A stretch of DNA of 64,000 bases from Camelus ferus (lineage: Eukaryota): NCBI RefSeq assembly GCF_009834535.1, contig NC_045696.1:67892001-67956000 (forward strand). The letters run 5' to 3'. Made by a program: the position numbers and the translations under genes. Below, piece after piece: positions 38,264 through 51,100 of this stretch. The notes beneath the pieces are model-generated. The model saw only the letters and a list, made by a program, of their open reading frames with translations. It was not told the origin of the DNA and did no database searches. Numbering within the stretch: the first letter of the stretch is position 1; the number at the start of each line of letters is the position of its first letter.

Positions 38264-40560
38264 AGAAAATGATGGATGAATTAAAACTTCAAATTGAGGT
38301 GCTCACCCTCCTCCCCAAACTGGCTGAAACACTCCAGCTTGAAGAATAACATTCCTATCCTTGACCAGAAGCAGATGAAACACCTGCCAAAGCTTCTGTA
38401 TCTTCCCCTGCCTGTACTTGTTCTAAATGATAGTCTTTGCGGACCTGAAAATTTGCTAAGCTGGAAAGTAAGTTTATTAAGACTCAAAAGAGGCAAGGAT
38501 TAAAATCAGATGTAGATATGACCTCAGTCAGTGGCCCTTCCCTCAAATCCCACTATGGAGAATCCTTTGCCATTGAAAGGACTTCCACAGAGGCCACATA
38601 GTTGCACAGGCAGAACCCGAGGCCAGATCAGCCAAGACCTGTTGGTGTGGTACCCACTGAAACCTCTCAGGAAATGAGCCCCAGAGTCAGAATGCTGACT
38701 CTAGATCACCCAGTACAGTGGCTGCCGACAGATGGACAAGACGGTCATTTAAGCTGTGGAACCTTTTACGTAAATGAAATAGTATATAAAACTAAATTAA
38801 GACAAGTCTAAGAGTGACCTGCTCAGGTAGAAGGACCCAGAGTCCTCCCCACTCGCCCTGCACCCCATCATGGTGAATGGCCATACATTCACCCAGAACT
38901 CTGGGCTCCTAGAAGGCATAAGTTTAAAAATTCACTACTCTAATCTAATTTCAGCCTTAACAATTCTTCAGAGGAAACTGAGGCCCAGAGACAGAGTGTG
39001 GTCCGTGTACCTAGAACTATTAAGTAGCAGAGCCACAAATTCTCCTGAAAGAAACCATGCTGCCTTCTCCCAAATACGTAATATTTATGTCCTAGGATTC
39101 TGCCCTTTCATAAGGATGAAGAAATTGGTATAATCAACGTGCCAAGCAAAACTCTAAAATGTGCCCAAGGTCAAAGAGTAAGGACATCTAAATTATAGCT
39201 TGGGAAACCCAGCTTGGAGAAACACAAAACACCCCATTCTATCAGTTTAAAGTTTCATGTGATGGTTTTGCAGTGAAAACAACAAAATCGCAGTAGTGTG
39301 GGTTTTTTTTTTTTAAAGCTTCTATACATAAATGTGTCAGGCACAAAATCAAACTACTCTAAAATGATGTTAAATCCATTCAGTTGTAAGTACAGGAAAA
39401 CATAGCAGCATTTGTGTGAGGTGTGGGAGACACGTAACCCAAATGTGTTCCTTGGGTTAGTAACTTGAACTTGGAATTCACTGAAAACGTGCGAGGAGCC
39501 TACAAGAAAGAGCACTGAGTAAAAAAACACTGTGAGACACATTTGATATAACAGTCATATGATTAACACACTGTCACATCAAACTTTCCCGCAACGTGGG
39601 AACACTTTGACACTTCATATTTTTAAAACTGACATTTTGATTCATTACTGTAAATAGCACATTGGGTTAAATATTGTGACAAGGAACAGATCACATATAT
39701 ATGATCATATATATATATACATATATATTCACTCTATATGTTACGTGTGTGTATTTTTCCTAGCTCTGTAACATTTTAGCGTATACGAAACCTTTTTGTA
39801 CAGTGACAGTTTGGGCCAGTATGTAAACAGGCTATTGCACTCCCCCTTAACTACCCATTTTTCTTGCAAGTAGGCAGACAGATAATGTTTCTTCATTCCA
39901 CAGAAAATCTTTAAAGCAGAGGGATTGCAAAAGTCATAGGATGACTTCTATAGAGATTCTGAATGAGCCTATCAACTCCAAGCAAAGGATGTTATCAAAG
40001 TTGTTTTGATTCACTGCATCCGAGTTCACAAAATCATTGTCACAAACATGCATAAAACACTTCTCTTGTCTTCAAGGTGCTCCCAGTCTACTTAAAGAAA
40101 CAGACACACATATGCGATTCTAAGGCAAGGCAGACTGCTTCAAATGCACAAGAAAGGTGCAAAGCACTGCTGCTTTTTCCCCTTTACTTAGTGTGTATGT
40201 GCATTGCTTATAATAAATAACATGTTCTCTAAGCCATTGTCCAGGGTAAACCGATTCAGCTGAATTCAGCAAAGTATGGGCTTCAATGGGGGCTGAAGAA
40301 ATTTATATATAAAGTTTGCCAGAATATTCAGATTCCCAAGCCAAACTTTCTTCACGAAGAAAATATAAAGATCGTGTTTGGTTTCCATCTAACACCAATA
40401 TGATCTAACTTTTCACTTTACCTACAGCTCTAAAACAAAAGATAAAATATTCATCCTCCTCAGTATCCAAGTTTTTATTTCAATTTTTTCTTTGGTAATT
40501 CCAAAGTTATTATATACATTCAAAGTATAGAGAACTTCATCAAAAAGACTATGAACTAAT

Positions 40561-40574
40561 CGCACGCGCGCGCG

Positions 40575-40610
<36 letters not shown>
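40561..40610 (+). repeat. Compound (CG)n/(CA)n microsatellite
   Basis: cgcacgcgcgcgcgcacgca followed by (ca)15, giving 50 bp of uninterrupted pyrimidine-purine alternation. Confidence 0.95.
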
Positions 40611-40614
<4 letters not shown>

Positions 40615-43600
40615 TAGATCCACAAGCATATTTGTTTTATGTATTCAATTTTCTCTCTGGACATTATACCATTATTATTCAACTCATTCTCCTTGAACAC
40701 CTGGGAAGTTAGACACAAAAAGGAAACATGAGATCTATATTTATCAAGATATTAAACTCACTACAAATAAGCTTTGCCTCTGTACTTAAATTTAAATTAG
40801 ACAACAGAGTTCTTCTTGATCACATACATAAAAAAAGAAGACTGCTCCACATTTATGGTTTTTCAGAAAGGAGATAGAATGTTATCAGTCAAATGCATCC
40901 AAATCCTGTGAAAGTTAGGAAAGCATAATGGGTATCATCTAATGAATATGGCAAATACTGAGAAAAACCTGCAAAACATCAGTACTTACCAAAAGCTGGG
41001 CTTAGCTACAGCATCAAAAGATTCTTGCATCCCTCATTTGTAAAAGTGCTCTGATTTTGCTCTTAGCTAAATTAGTCCATTCATTTAAGGCAGAAGGCCT
41101 TTTCCCCCATATTCCGGATGTATTCAAATTTATTAAAAGTTAAAAGAGTCTTACTCTCTATTTCAAAGTTTATTTCAAACTAAGCAAATTAAAGAATATA
41201 GAAATGCACTATTTTTCCCTTGCCTTACTGGGGAAAAAAAAATTCAGCATAAGGTTTTCAAAGCATTATAATAAATCAACTTGAACTTGAGGCCTCGTAT
41301 TTATTGTTTCCAAACTCTTCAGGGGGTAAGTTACAACCTTAAAAGATTGGACTCTCCTCCACAGAAGCTGAACCACTGTCTGTGGAATAACCCCCTTCCA
41401 TAGGCACTGGGGAAGAGCAGGGTATCACTGTGATAACATATGAAGACAGAAGATGCAGGTGCGAAGCCAATCTCTACCATTTATTACTTGAAGTGAATTT
41501 GAGTGGGTCACTTGACTTTTGTTTCTTCACTGTATAGTACTAGACAGAGTACTGGGTTTTATGAAGGCTAACTAGGAGTATACAAGAAAACTCACAGAAT
41601 CCAAATTGTTGAGAACACTGTCTGCCCTTCCTCCCAAATCACAATTCGCCAACTTTCACCACCAACCAATAAACATGTGAAGAGGCTATACGAAATCATC
41701 TAAGTTCAACTCAACAAAAGTTTACTGGATGCTCCTCATATGTGATTTTGGGCTCTGCCAGGCATCACGATTGAAAGGTGGCATGGGGAGGGAGGGAGGA
41801 AAAAGAAAGGGAGGGAGGTCCCCCTAAGTCACAATCTCTGTCTCCTGGGACCTAGTAATCTTGTGGAGGAGACAGCATTTCACATAGGAACTCCCTGAAG
41901 AATGCTTAACAATATAATAAAGTACTCAAAAAAGGATGATGCTGACAATGGCTCTTAATGGTAGTTTTATGTGAGGTCTTACATGAGGGCAGGGAAGGGT
42001 TCAGACCAACAGAGAACATGACCTTATTCTTCCCCTGCCCCTTTGAGCATCTAGTTCTCAGTGGACCAATCTGGAATCTGGTAGAAAAGAGTCTGTGGAC
42101 GGGCACCGCTGAGCGGCAACTCGGGCGTTTACTCTGGCTTCTGCCACCCCTGCGCTGCCCACACCCTCCTCGTTTCCTCATTTCCCAATCTGTCCTGAGC
42201 TCCTCCCTCTCTCTTCACCTCCTCCGCCCATTCCTAGGGACAGCCATGTCCCCAGGCCCAGCTCATCTCCATCCATAGCTTTCTGGGCTGAGAAGGACCC
42301 TCAGGCAGGGGTAAGGGTGGCACGGTTGGAGTATCAGAGGACCAGGAATCAGGAGACCTGACTTCCTGTCCCAGCCTCGTCCCTACTTCACTCTGTGACC
42401 TTGGACAAGTCACTTCCACTCAAGGGGCCTCAGCATTCTCACTCATCAAAGGAGACTAAAGGATACTTAAAAGCCCTTCTTGCTCCTAAATGTTCAGTGT
42501 CTGTGTCCTGACCTACGGTTTCCAAGTCACAAGTAGGGGCCCACCAGTCACACAGCTCCAGGAGAGGCACTGGCATGACCACATCGACGGTTTCTATTGT
42601 GGGGAAGGTCAGGCACTCCTTCAGAAAATAGCTGATCTAAACAGAGCCCAAGGAGTGTCATGGCAACACTGCTCACAAGCTGCCAGGGGTAGGGAGGAAA
42701 AGCAGCCAAGATGTGTGTGCAGCTGCCACATTTCAGAACAGCACTCAAACCTCGTTAATATCATCTTGCTTAATACCAAGTCCCATAGATCAGAAGCTAT
42801 TTTTACTGTGTATTTAACAGATTTGTGTATCGTCTTCCCTGCCAGCATTTTCACAGTCCAGTACAGAGGACTCTGCCATTGGAAAGCCTTCAGGACCTGA
42901 GGCCACCCAGGGTTAACTCAGGAGAAGGAGGTGGGGGGCCAGAATGAACAGGAGGGAGAAAAAGACTCGTTGGGGTTGGAGGATAGGGGAGAGGAGGGAG
43001 TAAGATGGAATAGGAGCAGGTACAAGCCAATACCGCAAACACCCAAGTGGGAGGCTCTCAGGTCCGAGTTCTCCAAAGACTCAGAGAGGCACGTGTGAAG
43101 GAGAGGGGGAGCGATGAGTCCTCTCTCACACTCAGGTGCACACAGGTCCTCCCACCACAATTGTAACTGCAATCTCAGCTTTGTTTTCACTTATCTTCCC
43201 CATCAGGTGCCCTCAGAACAGTCACATGTGCCGCTCTGCAGAGCCCTCCGCCCCCGTCCTAGAAGGTACGCACCTGTCCACTACTGTGCCTCTTCCGAGC
43301 TTCCAGGAAAGGGCTTTTGCTAAACGTCCTGTTCACAGCCTGTCTCCCTCGTGTAGTAGTGGGAATTCCAGCTTATGACGACTGACCAAGCTAAGCGATG
43401 TGAGAGCACCGGCCGTGGGCCTGCCACATGGTGTACCGTGCTAGACACCCAGCATGCGGCTGCTTGCTTCACACGGCAGCAGCCTCACGAGTGCCACCTG
43501 TATTCCTAACATTCTTCATAGAAAGAAGGCACCTGGCCAAGGCCTGCTGACCGGTGAGCAAGAGCTCAGGCCCCAGCCATCCCTCCACTGCTTGGTCAGG

Positions 43601-44912
43601 TAGGGGCACCATTCTCAGACCTGCCACTAACTGAGCAGGTCAAAGCAGGGGCAAGCCATTTCTTTCCTGGGAGGGAACTCGACTAGGCAGAGTTTTTCAA
43701 AGTTCCTTTCCAGTTCTGAAATTCGACAAACCTCTAAGTGTCATATCCATCTTAAAAACAAGCAAAAAGCAGAGGGAAAAACCGTTGAAGAACACAGTTG
43801 TGGGCTTCTTTACTGAGCATGAAGTCAAAGGCACTGTGCCAGGAACTACAGGGAATTCAGAGAAGCAAAATAAAGTAGTCCTTGGAGTCAGAAGCCTTAT
43901 AATATGTGTATGTTGGGGGAATGGGGCTAAGAGGAAACATAAAAAGACAGCAATACAAAATAAATTTTAATTGTGAAACAAAGTCCAATGCTGAGGCTCC
44001 ACTCCTGAGCCAAGGGGTGGAGAGAGAAGGCTTTTCTAGGAGGAGGGATTCGTACTGGTCCTTCAGGCAGGGGAGCAAAACCCATATGAGCAAAACAGAG
44101 GAAGGAAGCATTTTACAAGAGCCGGCCCTCTCCAGTGGGAGGGTCATCAGGTATGTAAGATGGTTAAACAGCTTATGTTTTATGTTTTCGATGATTCTAA
44201 AATTCTGTGTTTCGTGCGTTAAAGGCTACAATAATAATGGGCATCCCACCTGCTCATCATCGTGACGCTCGGTGGGGGGGGGGGGGGTGTCGCGGGAAAA
44301 GCAGTGAAACAGAGAACAGGACACTTGGGTTCTGAGTCCTGCTCCACTGCCACTACCAGCTGCCAGGGTCTGGCTAAATGGCTTATCTGGCTGTGGAATA
44401 GGAGATCTTGTAGAACTCCAGTGGGAATTCTTGAGGCTTCTCAAGAGCCAAATTGTTCAAAGCTCACTGTTTACAGATGAGGAGCCGGAGGTCCACCAGA
44501 AAGGACATGATTTCTCTCAATTACGTGTTTCTGCCAGTACTCACCTGCTTCTGGGTCTTTCCTCAAGCTAATTCTTACTTGCCACAGATGCCCCCTTGAG
44601 TCTCTCTAGTATCCCATGGACGTCCATCTAATCATCTTTCAAAGCCAAGTCCAGTCCCTGGTTTTACAAGAAACCTCTGGTAGAAAGAGTTCCCTAAATT
44701 CTCTCACTCACAGAGTGTAATTACTGAGCCCACACATCACACTGAGTCTTGGCTGGCCCTGAATCAAACTCACCTCCACACACCTGCCAGCTCCCTCTTT
44801 CAATGTCTTAGCAAGACACATTTCTTGGTAGGTGTTAAGTAAATGCTTCTTAATTCAGGCTGGTCTGCACCTCGGTTTTCTGACACTCGGCCAAGTACCT
44901 TCTCAAACATAC

Positions 44913-45417
44913 TGAGGCAGGAGGGAAGGGGGCAGGGCATGACCGTTAAAAGAATGACGCAGCAACTAGTTCTAAGATGGCGGAAGACTGGACTCCCAGT
45001 AGACCTTGAGCCTCATTATACGCTCATTGTAATACATTAGCATGTTAAATGACACGTCCACAGGCGCCACAACAGTGCCCAGGCTGGCCGTTAAAGGCGG
45101 GCCCCTAATTCCTGGAAATCCCTGCCCCTTCCCCAAAACAGCTGGAATAATTCTCCCGTTTGTCGGCATATGAAATTACCTGGCCCATAAAAACTAACCA
45201 CCCTCCCACTTCCCAGTGGCTCTCCCTTCCGAGCGAGAGGGACAGCATTCTGTCTCTGGAACGTATATCTCCTAGGGCCACGTCTCCTGCCTTCTGAGCC
45301 GGCCCCCACTCTGTCTGTGGAGTATGTATCTCTCTGAATAAACTTGCTTTCACCGCATTATGCCCCGCACTTGAATTCTGTCCTGCATGAGACAAGAACC
45401 TATTCTCCAGAACAACA
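44913..45417 (+). mobile_element. MER41-like ERV1 solo LTR, antisense to LPP
   Basis: TG...CA termini (tgaggcagg...caaca). aagatggcgg at 44974. acgctcattgtaatacattagcatgttaaatgacac, ttcctggaa (45109), cataaaaa (45186) and aataaacttgctttcac (45337)...gaattct...caagaacc are colinear with the recalled MER41 LTR layout. No clean TSD seen. Confidence 0.85.
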
Positions 45418-46694
45418 TCATGCTGCCTCTGACCGTCACAAGCCTGGATGTATGCAATCCCCAGAGCAGCCCACCTCCATCAAGCTGTTTACCAGATGGA
45501 GTAAACATGCAGCAAAGGAGAAAAGACATACAGAAAAGGAGAGGAGGAACAAAGGGCGTGGACTACGAACTGCATGAAGAGACATGCCAGTGGGCTGAGA
45601 AGCACTGGGAGCATCATTCCAGCTTCATAGGGATAAATCTGCAGTGCAGACACCCCATGAGGGGCCTGGGTTCTCACACACAGTGCCCAGTGGAGCGAGA
45701 AGGTCCAGTTCTACGGTCTAAAAGGATGCTGTGGCAAACTGTCAGACGGACAAAGTCTCAATACCTAGCCATCGGCTGGGCAGGTCCGCTTTGTCTACTG
45801 CAGAGGGAGGGAAGCACCTGGAAAGGAAGAGCATGGCAGACACCTACAGCAAAGGCTTTATACTGAGTGACTCTCCCCTAGTGATGCCGGAGTGAAAGCA
45901 TGGCAGTAAGATTTATGAGGCAGAGCTGTGTAACTCCAGAGGCAACCCAAGGCACACATCAGATGGGAATTTGAAATAATCCCTTTAAACACACAAGGAC
46001 TCAGATGCCAGCACACACAGCAATGGCCCCAGCCAGACAGCAAAGGCATATTGGCACCACTGTAATTTGTCCATTCACCAATATGCTTCCCGAAAAACAC
46101 CCATATGCTTTCTTTTAGCTTCCATATGCTTTTTTAGCAAGGAAACTAAAATATTTCATTAGCTTGAGTAATTAATAATTACTTATTTCACAATAGTCTC
46201 CCTCATTAAAAAACGAAAATAACTGATTAAGCTGCAGGATCCTGGCTTTCAACTCAAGCTTTTAAAAAAAAAAATTTTTTTTTTAATTCTTCCCCTCTAG
46301 GAATTGAGTAATAGAGTGAAACAGCCAGTGTGGAAATACTCGCACTACGGGGAATGAAGAGTTATCGCACACACAGCCCAGCATTCCTCTTGACTGAGAC
46401 ATCATGGTGTAATGAAAAGAACATGGACTTTGGGAGCCTGAAGACTCGGGATGCAATCCCACTTTGACCCCTGTTGAATAGTACTTCTGAGGAAATGAAG
46501 GGCGTTGAAAAGATAAAGCCTGCTGGATTCCTTCAACCTGCCTTCCATTATCGTCAGGGAGTGACTTCACAGGGCTCCCTCCTGTCTCTCAAGGCTCGGG
46601 GAAGGCATGCTCCGGAATGCTGGCATGGAGCCAGTCATGATCCACAGGCCACGGTCAACAGTCTCGAAGTTGGTCTCTGGTCCAGGACGAAAAA

Positions 46695-46862
46695 CAATGC
46701 TTCTCAAACTCTAATGAGCAGAGGAACTACCTGGGGATCTTATTAAAATGCAGATTCTGATCAGGAGGTCTGGAGCATGACCTGAGTATGGTCTGCATTT
46801 CTCACAAGCTCCCAAGTGATGCTGGTGCTCCTGGTCTTCAAACCAAACTCGGAGAAGCAAGG
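46695..46862. mobile_element. MER5A
   Basis: caatgcttctcaaact...acctggggatcttattaaaatgcagattctgatcag...ctgcatttctcacaagctcccaagtgatgctg...gagaagcaagg. Confidence 0.88.
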
Positions 46863-49800
46863 ACCTAAAAAATATCAAGATGAAGGGAGGAGGTAGAAGC
46901 TGTAAAACCAGGACATGCGTGCCCATCTCGTGGGGCTATGACGAGGATTATTAATCATATTGACAATAATACTTCTGCGTGTTGTGCAGCACAATGGTAT
47001 TTCACTTATCCTCACAACAGTCCTGCCAAGAGGGTGTGATCTCCATTTTACAGACAACAAAACTGAGACCCAAGGAAATCAAGTAATGCATCCAACCTCA
47101 CATAGCTAATAATGCTGGGTTCCCAACCCAGGTATATCTGCCTATCGAGTGTAAGGATGAGCCAAAATTTGAGGCACTATTGCTGTAGACTGCTGGTATG
47201 AATTCTGGTTCTGGTTCTACTATAAACCCACTGCTACCCCTTCCTGGGGCTCCATCTTCCCTTCTGGAAGTGCTGACCTGACAATCTCCAAGGCCTCTTC
47301 CTTGTCTCCCACCAGCTTTCACTCTCCCGGCTCCCACATAGACTCACAGTGGGTCACCAAGCCCTGAGTATTAGCTTCACACATGGCAGTCATTACATCT
47401 TGGCATGATCCAAATTCTAGCTGCTCACATCTGCACTTGTGCTGATCTGTGCATGGCCAGAAGTCTCTCTCTGGTAAAAATCCCACGCTCAATATCACAG
47501 GGAGAAAACAACAAACGGATTCCCCAAAGCATTGAAATTCCAATTCAGTTGATAACTTGCAGTATGACCAGACCTCCATGGCCCGAACCACTCTGCCTCC
47601 TCCTCTGCTCACTTACAAAAATGGAGAAACCAAGACCGCTAACCTAACAAATTTAAAAGAAAAGGAAAAATATGAGTTTGTTATAATGCAGTTTACACAA
47701 CTGCGCAAGTTTTCTTAGTCTGCCGTAAGGTACCAGAAGAGTGTTTAATTAATGAATTATCATATAAATGATTCAGGATATGTGATCCTGTCCCTCTGAA
47801 CGCCCATAGCACATATTCACTGTACTCCTTGAGGACCCACTGACCATCTTCTACCAGGAATCTCTACAGTTTACAGAACTGTTTCATTGTCCCTATTCAT
47901 ATTCAGTGTTATCTCTGGAGGTACTCACATATACTGAAGCAAATCTCGATTTGAACCCAGACTTTGCCATTTATTTTCTGTAGGACTTCAGGCAGATTAC
48001 TCACTGTCTTGGAGCTCAGTTTCCACATATGAAAAGCAGGAAAAAATAATTTCTTATTTTAGGAGATTAAATTAAACGATGCATTAAAATATACAGCATT
48101 TAGCAGATTCTGGGCAAAAGTACATTTGTGTGAGTGAGTGAGTGAAACAAGAAGAATAAGCTTCAATATGAAAACATCATTCAACAATTTGAAACATATA
48201 AATGTCCAGAGTCACGCTCATAAATGAGTCTGACACTTCAAGCAGAACAATGGGTGAACTGTGAGAAATCCAACAGCAAAGGAAATTATGTTACCCAAAT
48301 GTCATCTCAGACTTCCCACATTGAAAAACATCTTTTGTTTAACCTAGAACTTATGTACGGCCTTCAGAGGGTTGACAAATCTCATGAAATTACAGACAAC
48401 GTCTTATGCAGATGTGCATTTTCCAACTATTTCATAGATTCATCTGAATTTCCAAATATTCCATAATCTTCTCCCCTACCACTGAACACACACATATATA
48501 TACACACATAGAGATTAAAAACTACTGGCCCTTAGGCAAGTCCCATGACAGAAAGGGAATTGTCAGCAGAGAGAGAAAAAGTTTATTTAATAAAACAAGG
48601 CTGAAAGTTACAAGCATGCAGTTGAGAAAGCATGGTCAGTGGAAGTTCTCATGATGAACACTCCAAACCAGAGAGAGCGGCTCTGAACTCAAGACTCAGC
48701 CTGGCTACAAAGTTGCTACAGGATCTTACCACACTCCCCCTCCTCCTCCCATCTCATAGATGGAGAAACTGAGGTTCAGAGGAAGGTCCTGTCTTCACCA
48801 AAGTCACTGCAAATTAAGTAGGATATGAACCTGAGACTCAGTAAAATGATTCCCATACTCTGTATGTCAGCATTATGAGGTATAAGGTAAGTATTTAGAC
48901 CCACTGGCCTCTAAGTTATCTTCTAACTGACAGATAATTACTACTCTCTTCTCTGAACTTGGAAATCTCATGAAAATATTAGTTTGGTTTTTGCAAAGTT
49001 CATTCCAGTTGCTTCTCAGGCCCAGGTAGTCCCACAAGAACGAGGCAGAGAAATGGTCTGGACGAATTAGAGATGCTGCTATTAATCTTGTGTAGGGCAG
49101 TGACTGGGAACCACAGGCCTTGAACTAGATTTCACTGTGCTGGCTATTACTCTCCTGTCCTCTTGCTTATTAATCCTGCATCTGTCTTCTCTTTATTAAT
49201 GTTCCCAACTATGCACAATACACAGCCAGCTAGGAACTCATCCTTAGCTTCCTATAATTCATTGGATCAGAAAAGGGCAAAAGGCGAGTGGAGCAAACAG
49301 TAGTGATATCAGGGTCAAGTAATCTCTTACAGGAAGAACCGCAGGGGAATCCAGTCTCCTAATAGACACAGAGAGCAGAAAGCAGCCAGAATCTTCTATT
49401 CTGTGCCTCACAGAGTGAAGGAAGATGCTTGACCTCCACCTATGTTTCAAGGACATCTCACATCCCTGTGTTGACAATGGAATTGGTTTTGCCTGAAAGA
49501 AAATGTCCCTTTAAATACTGGAAAGAGAAAGGACACATCACACGAAGAGCTTTATCTCCTAAAACAGAAATACAACTATGGAGTCCTCCCCCAGAAAGAA
49601 TTCTAGTCCAGGATCTGCCACTAAAACCTTAGACCAATCAGATTCCCTCCCTGACCCCAAAACCTCCATCTCTGAAATGAAAGGATTTGGCTAGATTGGT
49701 TCTCAAAGTCTCCTCCACCCTTGACGTTCTGATCTCTCCTTACAGGTCACCGACGCAGCCCTGAAAAAGTCAAATAATAGAAGAGGAACCTCTCAGTGTT

Positions 49801-50957
49801 ACCAGTGGAGAAGTTTCCCAGATCTTCTAAAACTGAGACCCAGATTACAGAGCAGAGAAACATGGAGGAAGATGGATTTTTTTTTTTTCCTTTCTAACCA
49901 GAAACTGAATGTTGCTGGAGGTAGGGACCAATCACTTCATAAATGTCCAATCATAGTGTATATATAATTCAAATCACTAACTGCCCTCCTGGTATGTACA
50001 AGAATCAAAAAACTAAAAAGACCAAGTATTTTCACACACTGGCTCAGTGGTAGAGACACAGGATTCTCCTGTGACTTTGGGGAAACGGCAGCAGGAGGAA
50101 GAAAAGATTGGCCAAGAAGTAAAATCACAGATTATAGGACATTTGACTAGAAGTAATGCCATAACCAACAGGTCCAACTCTATCTGTAGTTAGATGCCAA
50201 AATGGACGCCAGAGAGGGAAAGTGACTTGTCCAAGGTGGCACAGCCAGAGCTGGGAGTAGAATTAGATCCTCATGACTTCTGGTTCATAGAACGTAACAC
50301 ATTGCTTCACTTCTGCAAAACTGGAGATTCGATCGAGGTAACCAAGAAAATAATTCCTCTTATAACTACAGCCTCTGCCTCCACCTCAAAAAATACTAAC
50401 TGACTTATTTAAGGCAGAGTAGGAGTGTTTCCATCAAATAATAATAAACGATTCATTTTAGCCACATAGACAAGTCCAAAGAATTACTTGGGCATTATTC
50501 ATCCTTGCTAATGAACCACCCTATGGAAAACAGGGACAATCAACGGTCTACCCGAGGCCAGAAGCCTGGTCTTGCTCAAGTTCAGATCTTCCCCGTTCAA
50601 GAACACCGGGTATCAGCTCTAAATAGTAAACAGCGTATACAGTTTCAGATTCCATAAAGTACAGCTTTAAATAGATTTGGTTTGGAAGTGGGACAGGGAA
50701 CACACCACAGTCAGTGGCTCAACGTTGAAAGCCGAGAAAAACAATGATCACACTCATTAAGTGGGTACCTGTTGACACATGTACTGTCAAGCCTAATTAT
50801 TTATTTAAACTGTTATTCTTTCTTCATTACTGCCACTGATACCAGTTATTACCACAAGAGTATTTTAAATTTCTGTAGCCTGCGCTCAGAATATTTACTT
50901 CTCTGTCTTCCAAAGGTGATTTGAGTTTTTAATCCTTCTTGCCCCATGAAATACACT

Positions 50958-51100
50958 AAAGAAAGAAAGGAAGGAAGGAAGGAAGGAAGGAAGGAAGGAA
51001 GGAAGGAAGGAAGGAAGGAAGGAAGGAAGGAAGGAAGGAAGGAAGGAAAGAAGGAAAGAAAGAAGGAAAGAAAGAAGGAAAGAAAGAAGGAAGGAAAGGG
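50958..51100 (+). repeat. Pure-purine microsatellite: (GGAA)20 followed by (AGAAGGAAAGAA)3
   Basis: Directly visible. GGAA units run 50969-51048 and the 12-mer units run 51049-51084. Confidence 0.95.

Noticed and set aside
45387..45866. 159-aa ORF starting in the 3' end of the MER41-like LTR (possible gag)
   Set aside because: No primer-binding site after the LTR and no gag motifs. The LTR appears to be solo.
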